From Macrostomum lignano (taxonomy: Eukaryota): a stretch of DNA of 64,000 bases. Each line of letters begins with the position of its first letter. Position 1 is the stretch's first letter. The DNA lies in contig NIVC01002479.1 of assembly GCA_002269645.1 (NCBI GenBank), positions 106,665-170,664 on the forward strand, in the 5' to 3' direction. The notes below the pieces were generated by a model, which did no database searches, was not told the origin of the DNA, and saw only the letters and a program-made list of their open reading frames with translations. The position numbers were made by a program, and so were the translations under genes. This document shows positions 58,629-64,000 of the stretch, in pieces.

Positions 58629-59042
58629 ACTAATTTCCCAGAACGAACACAAGCTGTCAGAACAGGTAAGAATCTCGTTATCTAGGCCTAATTGTGTACT
58701 AGGTACTAAGTAGGTTTACAATGCTAGTTATTTTAATTATAACAATTATCTTGTTTGCAGTTGTACCGATCACCAATCATTAGGCAAGCAGCCAGGGTCA
58801 CAGCTCAGGTACTGCTTAAGCTGCGAAAATGTAAGTTAATTGACAGCTTTTGATGTTGAAGAAAACAGGCTTCGTGTTATCGTACTGTAAGTAGCATGGT
58901 GAAAATGTGTTCTTTTTTATTTACTGCCTTTACAGCCATCATGTCGGACGGCAGCGGCAGGTCGCTGGCTGACCGAATGACTGAGGAATTTCGGTCCGGA
59001 GTTCAGGAAGGCCGCCAGGCTGCGAAGCGTCGTCGGCCCTGA
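58629..59042 (+). CDS. NCBP2AS2: NCBP2-AS2 (KRASIM/HIAR1)-like microprotein; start codon unresolved
   Basis: Exons 58629(or 58642)-58665, 58761-58830, 58936-59042, strong GT-AG, phase-compatible: (LISQ)NEHKLSEQLYRSPIIRQAARVTAQVLLKLRKSIMSDGSGRSLADRMTEEFRSGVQEGRQAAKRRRP*; resembles recalled LSESRPIRRAAQLTA ...F.E motif. Confidence 0.7.
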
Positions 59043-59509
59043 GTTGAGATTTGACTCAGCCACGCTTGGAAGCTAATCTGGACAAATCTGTAATTTTCAA
59101 CCTTTCTCTCTTTCAACCGATAAAACCGATACAAGTTGAAAATGCATTGCCGGCTTATGTGTCTAGATTGTCATTAAAAACTGTAGCTATTTTGTAGATA
59201 TCCACTTGTTGACAATTCGAGAAATGTGATTAAATAAAAGAGATTTGCCGTGTGGTGGAACTTTTATATTTTAACATAAATTCAGTGCTGATTGATCAGC
59301 TGCAGCAGCTTTAAAATGGCTACTATTGATTTGTTTTTTCTGTGGCTGTTTTTAATTTGACGCTACGAACAGCCTATATAGCTGCGTGCTAACCGCAGCC
59401 AACTCAGCTTAACCTGCGTTATTTCATTCGGCTAATGACCCGTAAAAAGAAACCGTCCAAAGTTTTTCCTCAAACTTCAGTTCCTGCTAGTTAATCTCGT
59501 CACTCACAG

Positions 59510-60885
59510 CAAACAGGATAATGGATCTTGTCACTCAGAGCAAACAGGCCAACAGGTCTTGTCACTTAGAGGAAAATAGGCCAACTGGTCTCGTCACTCA
59601 GAGCAAACAGGCCAACAGGTCTCGTTAGAGCAAACAGGCCAACAGGTCTCGTCAGAGCAAACAGGCCAACTGGTCTCGTCACTCAGAGCAAACAGGCCAA
59701 CAGGTCTCGTCAGAGCAAACAGGCCAACTGGTCTCGTCAGAGCAAACAGGCCAACTGGTCTCGTCAGAGCAAACAGGCCAACTGGTCTCGTCACTCATAG
59801 CAAACAGGCCAACAGGTCTCGTCAGAGCAAACAGGCCAACAGGTCTCGTCAGAGCAAACAGGCCAACTGGTCTCGTCAGAGCAAACAGGCCAACAGGTCT
59901 CGTCAGAGCAAACAGGCCAACTGGTCTCGTCAGAGCAAACAGGCCAACTGGTCTCGTCACTCAGAGCAAACAGGCCAACAGGTCTCGTTAGAGCAAACAG
60001 GCCAACTGGTCTCGTCACTCAGAGCAAACAGGCCAACAGGTCTCGTCAGAGCAAACAGGCCAACAGGTCTCGTCAGAGCAAACAGGCCAACAGGTCTCGT
60101 CACTCAGAGCAAACAGGCCAACAGGTCTCGTCAGAGCAAACAGGCCAACAGGTCTCGTCAGAGCAAACAGGCCAACAGGTCTCGTCAGAGCAAACAGGCC
60201 AACTGGTCTCGTCACTCAGAGCAAACAGGCCAACAGGTCTCGTCAGAGCAAACAGGCCAACTGGTCTCGTCAGAGCAAACAGGCCAACTGGTCTCGTCAG
60301 AGCAAACAGGCCAACTGGTCTCGTCAGAGCAAACAGGCCAACAGGTCTCGTCAGAGCAAACAGGCCAACAGGTCTCGTCAGAGCAAACAGGCCAACTGGT
60401 CTCGTCAGAGCAAACAGGCCAACTGGTCTCGTCAGAGCAAACAGGCCAACAGGTCTCGTCAGAGCAAACAGGCCAACTGGTCTCGTCACTCAGAGCAAAC
60501 AGGCCAACAGGTCTCGTCAGAGCAAACAGGCCAACTGGTCTCGTCAGAGCAAACAGGCCAACTGGTCTCGTCAGAGCAAACAGGCCAACTGGTCTCGTCA
60601 GAGCAAACAGGCCAACAGGTCTCGTCAGAGCAAACAGGCCAACAGGTCTCGTCAGAGCAAACAGGCCAACTGGTCTCGTCAGAGCAAACAGGCCAACTGG
60701 TCTCGTCAGAGCAAACAGGCCAACAGGTCTCGTCAGAGCAAACAGGCCAACAGGTCTCGTCAGAGCAAACAGGCCAACAGGTCTCGTCAGAGCAAACAGG
60801 CCAACTGGTCTCGTCAGAGCAAACAGGCCAACTGGTCTCGTCAGAGCAAACAGGCCAACTGGTCTCGTCACTCAGAGCAAACAGA
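59510..60885. repeat. 27-bp minisatellite (gagcaaacaggccaacWggtctcgtca)n with periodic +4-bp variant
   Basis: About 48 copies. Confidence 0.97.
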
Positions 60886-61297
60886 GCGACCCAAGGATGT
60901 GCTCTGGGTCACGAAAATGTTATGGTTACAGAGAGATTAGCAGTTGATTGGCACTCCTTTAAACAAATGACTTCAGAATAACAAACGTGAAGGCTTTACA
61001 TGCAGGCCTACATTCGATAAATTATTGTAGCTATTGATTTGAGTGCAAACGAATTTTGATAACACCCTGCGTCTGGAATAGCGCGAAATGCCACACCCCC
61101 GGTTTGGGCCGCGGTCGAATGAAGTGCAAACACACCTGCTAGCCCAGCGTTATCGTAGGAATACTTTACTTTACCGATATACTGTACTATATTAATCGAA
61201 TAGGGCGATATCAGAAATATGCATCACCGCTTTGCCGTGATAAAAGTTCAGAACGCTATAATTCTCGGTCAGAAGCTCAGCTGCCTCTCCACCGGCA

Positions 61298-62446
61298 ATG
61301 CCCTGGTCGCCTGATCAGCGCAGCGAGATGCTGCAGCGCTACCTGAACGATTCTTACCTGGACACCCTGCTCGACTTGCAGGTGGACTGCCTGGTGGACA
61401 GCTCCAGTCTCGACTGCGCCACGGCCACCGTGCTCGGCTTCCTGGCCGGCGCCGTGGTCCCGGTGGCTGTTGCCATGGGAACGGTGGGCAACCTGCTCAC
61501 GGTGCACGTGATCTTTCGTCGAATTCGTCAGCGAACTCGGCTGCATTTTTACCTGGCCTGCATTGCGCTGTCGGACTGGGGCAACCTCATCTGCTGGGGC
61601 CTGGGCTGGCAGGTGCTGGCCAAGGGGCTGCCCTGGCTCTCCGGTGGCCGCGTTGGGATAATTATCTCCAACATGTCGGACGGCATGTGCCGCGGCTTCC
61701 GGTTCGCGCACAACTTTTTCCACGCGCTGTCGGCCAACTGGTTCCTGCTGATGACGCTGGACCGTCTGAACGCCCTCTACCGGCCGCTGAAGGCGCGCTC
61801 GCTCAGCCTCCGCTCGGCGGCCAAGGCGGCCACCGGCGCCTTCGTGGCGACCATCGCCATGGCCGGCCCCGTGCCAGCATTCTGGGGCTGGCACCGCCTG
61901 GTGCAGGGCGGCGGCGGCCGCATCGCCTGCCTTCCAGTGCCTTTCTATGGCGACTCCGTGCGTCTGTGGACCATCTTCTCGACCGTGTTACTGCTGCAGC
62001 CGCCCAGCCTCCAGATGCTGGCCGTGTCAGTGTGCAACATTCTTCTTCTTGTGCGGCTTTGCCGTCTTCGCCGCTCCTCGGGCAACTTCTTTGGCGGCAG
62101 CTCCGTCGGCAGCGGTGGCAGACGACACGGCAGACTGGCAGCGGCGGAGGAACTGGCGCCGACTCTGGTTGTAGTGGCGCTGTCCGCCATCTTCCTGATC
62201 TCCATCCTGCCCGTGTGCGCCGTCGGCGTCATCGTCATGCGCCGGACCGTCTTTGGTGACGACGCCGATGCCGGCGTTATCGGCCTTCGCTCAGTGTACA
62301 ACATCAGCGACATCGGCCAGATTCTGATCCTCATCAACCAGTCCATCAACTGGGCGGTGCTGCTATGGAAAGATCGCCAGTTTCGAGTTGGGTTCCGCCG
62401 CCGCCCGGCCCCGCGGACCCTGCATTCGCCAGCTGGCTGCGAGTGA
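61298..62446 (+). CDS. Intronless class A GPCR, FMRFamide/peptide-receptor-like orphan, 382 aa
   Basis: Seven hydrophobic segments; GTVGNLLT, LACIALSD, MCRGFRF...LMTLDRL.AL.RP, NQSINW...DRQFR. Confidence 0.9.
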   Translation: MPWSPDQRSEMLQRYLNDSYLDTLLDLQVDCLVDSSSLDCATATVLGFLAGAVVPVAVAMGTVGNLLTVHVIFRRIRQRTRLHFYLACIALSDWGNLICWGLGWQVLAKGLPWLSGGRVGIIISNMSDGMCRGFRFAHNFFHALSANWFLLMTLDRLNALYRPLKARSLSLRSAAKAATGAFVATIAMAGPVPAFWGWHRLVQGGGGRIACLPVPFYGDSVRLWTIFSTVLLLQPPSLQMLAVSVCNILLLVRLCRLRRSSGNFFGGSSVGSGGRRHGRLAAAEELAPTLVVVALSAIFLISILPVCAVGVIVMRRTVFGDDADAGVIGLRSVYNISDIGQILILINQSINWAVLLWKDRQFRVGFRRRPAPRTLHSPAGCE

Positions 62447-62861
62447 GCGGCCACCCAGGCAGCGCTGGTTGGCCTTCAGCGTCTGCATGACCGACGGCAT
62501 GAACTAACAACTCGTGACGGAAGTGGGCAGCAAGCTGACGTAGCAATGACCGCTCTGTAAACCAGAGTCACAGACTTCACGCCCCCTCCCTTACAAGTTT
62601 TTAAATAAGAATCTGGCGAGACTTTTGCGCCGTCTTATTTGTAGCTGTCACTCTGAGCAAGCAGGGTGCAAGGTACATGAAAATACTTATTCATCGTCTA
62701 TCCATGTACATGCACTTAATTGGTCCGCGTTTTTACTGCTGCGCCAGACTGGAAATTCTAAAGAGGAAGGCAACAAAGCACTCGGCATGACTTGGATTGT
62801 GGCTAAACTGGAAGACTCGCTCATTTGAACAGCTTACTTAAAATGTTAGAAATGCTAGATG

Positions 62862-63582
<721 letters not shown>

Positions 63583-63758
63583 TGGCAAAAAAAGAATTCA
63601 ATCCATTTGCAATTGACGAATTGAAATTCAAAATCAGTTTAACAAAAACAAACAAGCGGAGCTACGAATCGTGTATTCGCAGAATCGCTGCACGCACACT
63701 GTGACTGATTATAAGAAGCCCATAGTCGAAACAGTACAGGCAGCGCTAGCGACCTACG

Positions 63759-64000
63759 ATGGCAAAATACTTGAAGCCGCTGCAGTCGCCGGAGCGGCCG
63801 GAGCCGAAGCGGATTCGCGACTCCGGCATCATGGTGAACAGGCAGGAGCAGGCGGGGGTCGCTACTGCTCAAGCCGCCGCCGCTGCCACCGCGACCGAAA
63901 CCGAAATCTCCACCGAATCCATCGAACAGCCCGCCACCGCCCGCCCGATCCGGAAGTACTTCGTCGTGGTGTCGTCAGCCCGGCAGAACTCCAGACAGTC
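63759..64000 (+). CDS. 5' part of an unidentified ORF running off the window end
   Basis: ATG at 63759 open for 80 codons (MAKYLKPLQSPERPEPKRIRDSGIMVNRQEQ...), GC-rich coding-like composition; no family recognised. Confidence 0.35.
   Translation, partial: MAKYLKPLQSPERPEPKRIRDSGIMVNRQEQAGVATAQAAAAATATETEISTESIEQPATARPIRKYFVVVSSARQNSRQ

Noticed and set aside
61277-62454. Antisense and alternate-frame ORFs over the GPCR
   Set aside because: Shadow ORFs of a GC-rich coding sequence

Overview
Eukaryotic (animal) genomic DNA. GC-rich, intron-containing genes are embedded in an extreme density of micro- and minisatellites, with AT-rich stretches (~33.3-37.4 kb, ~54-58.5 kb) made of decayed DNA transposons. 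The architecture is consistent with a free-living flatworm such as Macrostomum (inference only). Almost all long ORFs in the supplied track are repeat artefacts. Genes reconstructed by hand from splice sites: first coding exon of a class-A peptide GPCR (-, rest not found in window); a 4-exon ~82-aa secreted peptide precursor (+, no family recognised); complexin with a C-terminal CAAX; the last two exons of an unidentified CAAX-ending gene (-); ARL6IP1; two tandem ECI1-like enoyl-CoA isomerases, one lacking the catalytic Glu; C1GALT1; an NCBP2-AS2-like microprotein; an intronless FMRFamide-receptor-like GPCR; and an ORF running off the right end. Mobile elements: a Penelope-like RT remnant; an internally deleted LOA/R1-like LINE with a 9-bp TSD and a candidate HDV-like ribozyme at its 5' end; an internally deleted hAT with an 8-bp TSD; several MITEs; a 613-bp foldback element. 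Most notable: the HDV-like ribozyme with a compensatory P1.1 pair, the catalytically altered ECI1 paralog, the orphan prepropeptide head-to-head with a peptide GPCR, and the pattern that every long intron carries its own private minisatellite, often seeded at splice donors or stop codons and enriched for CAGGT.
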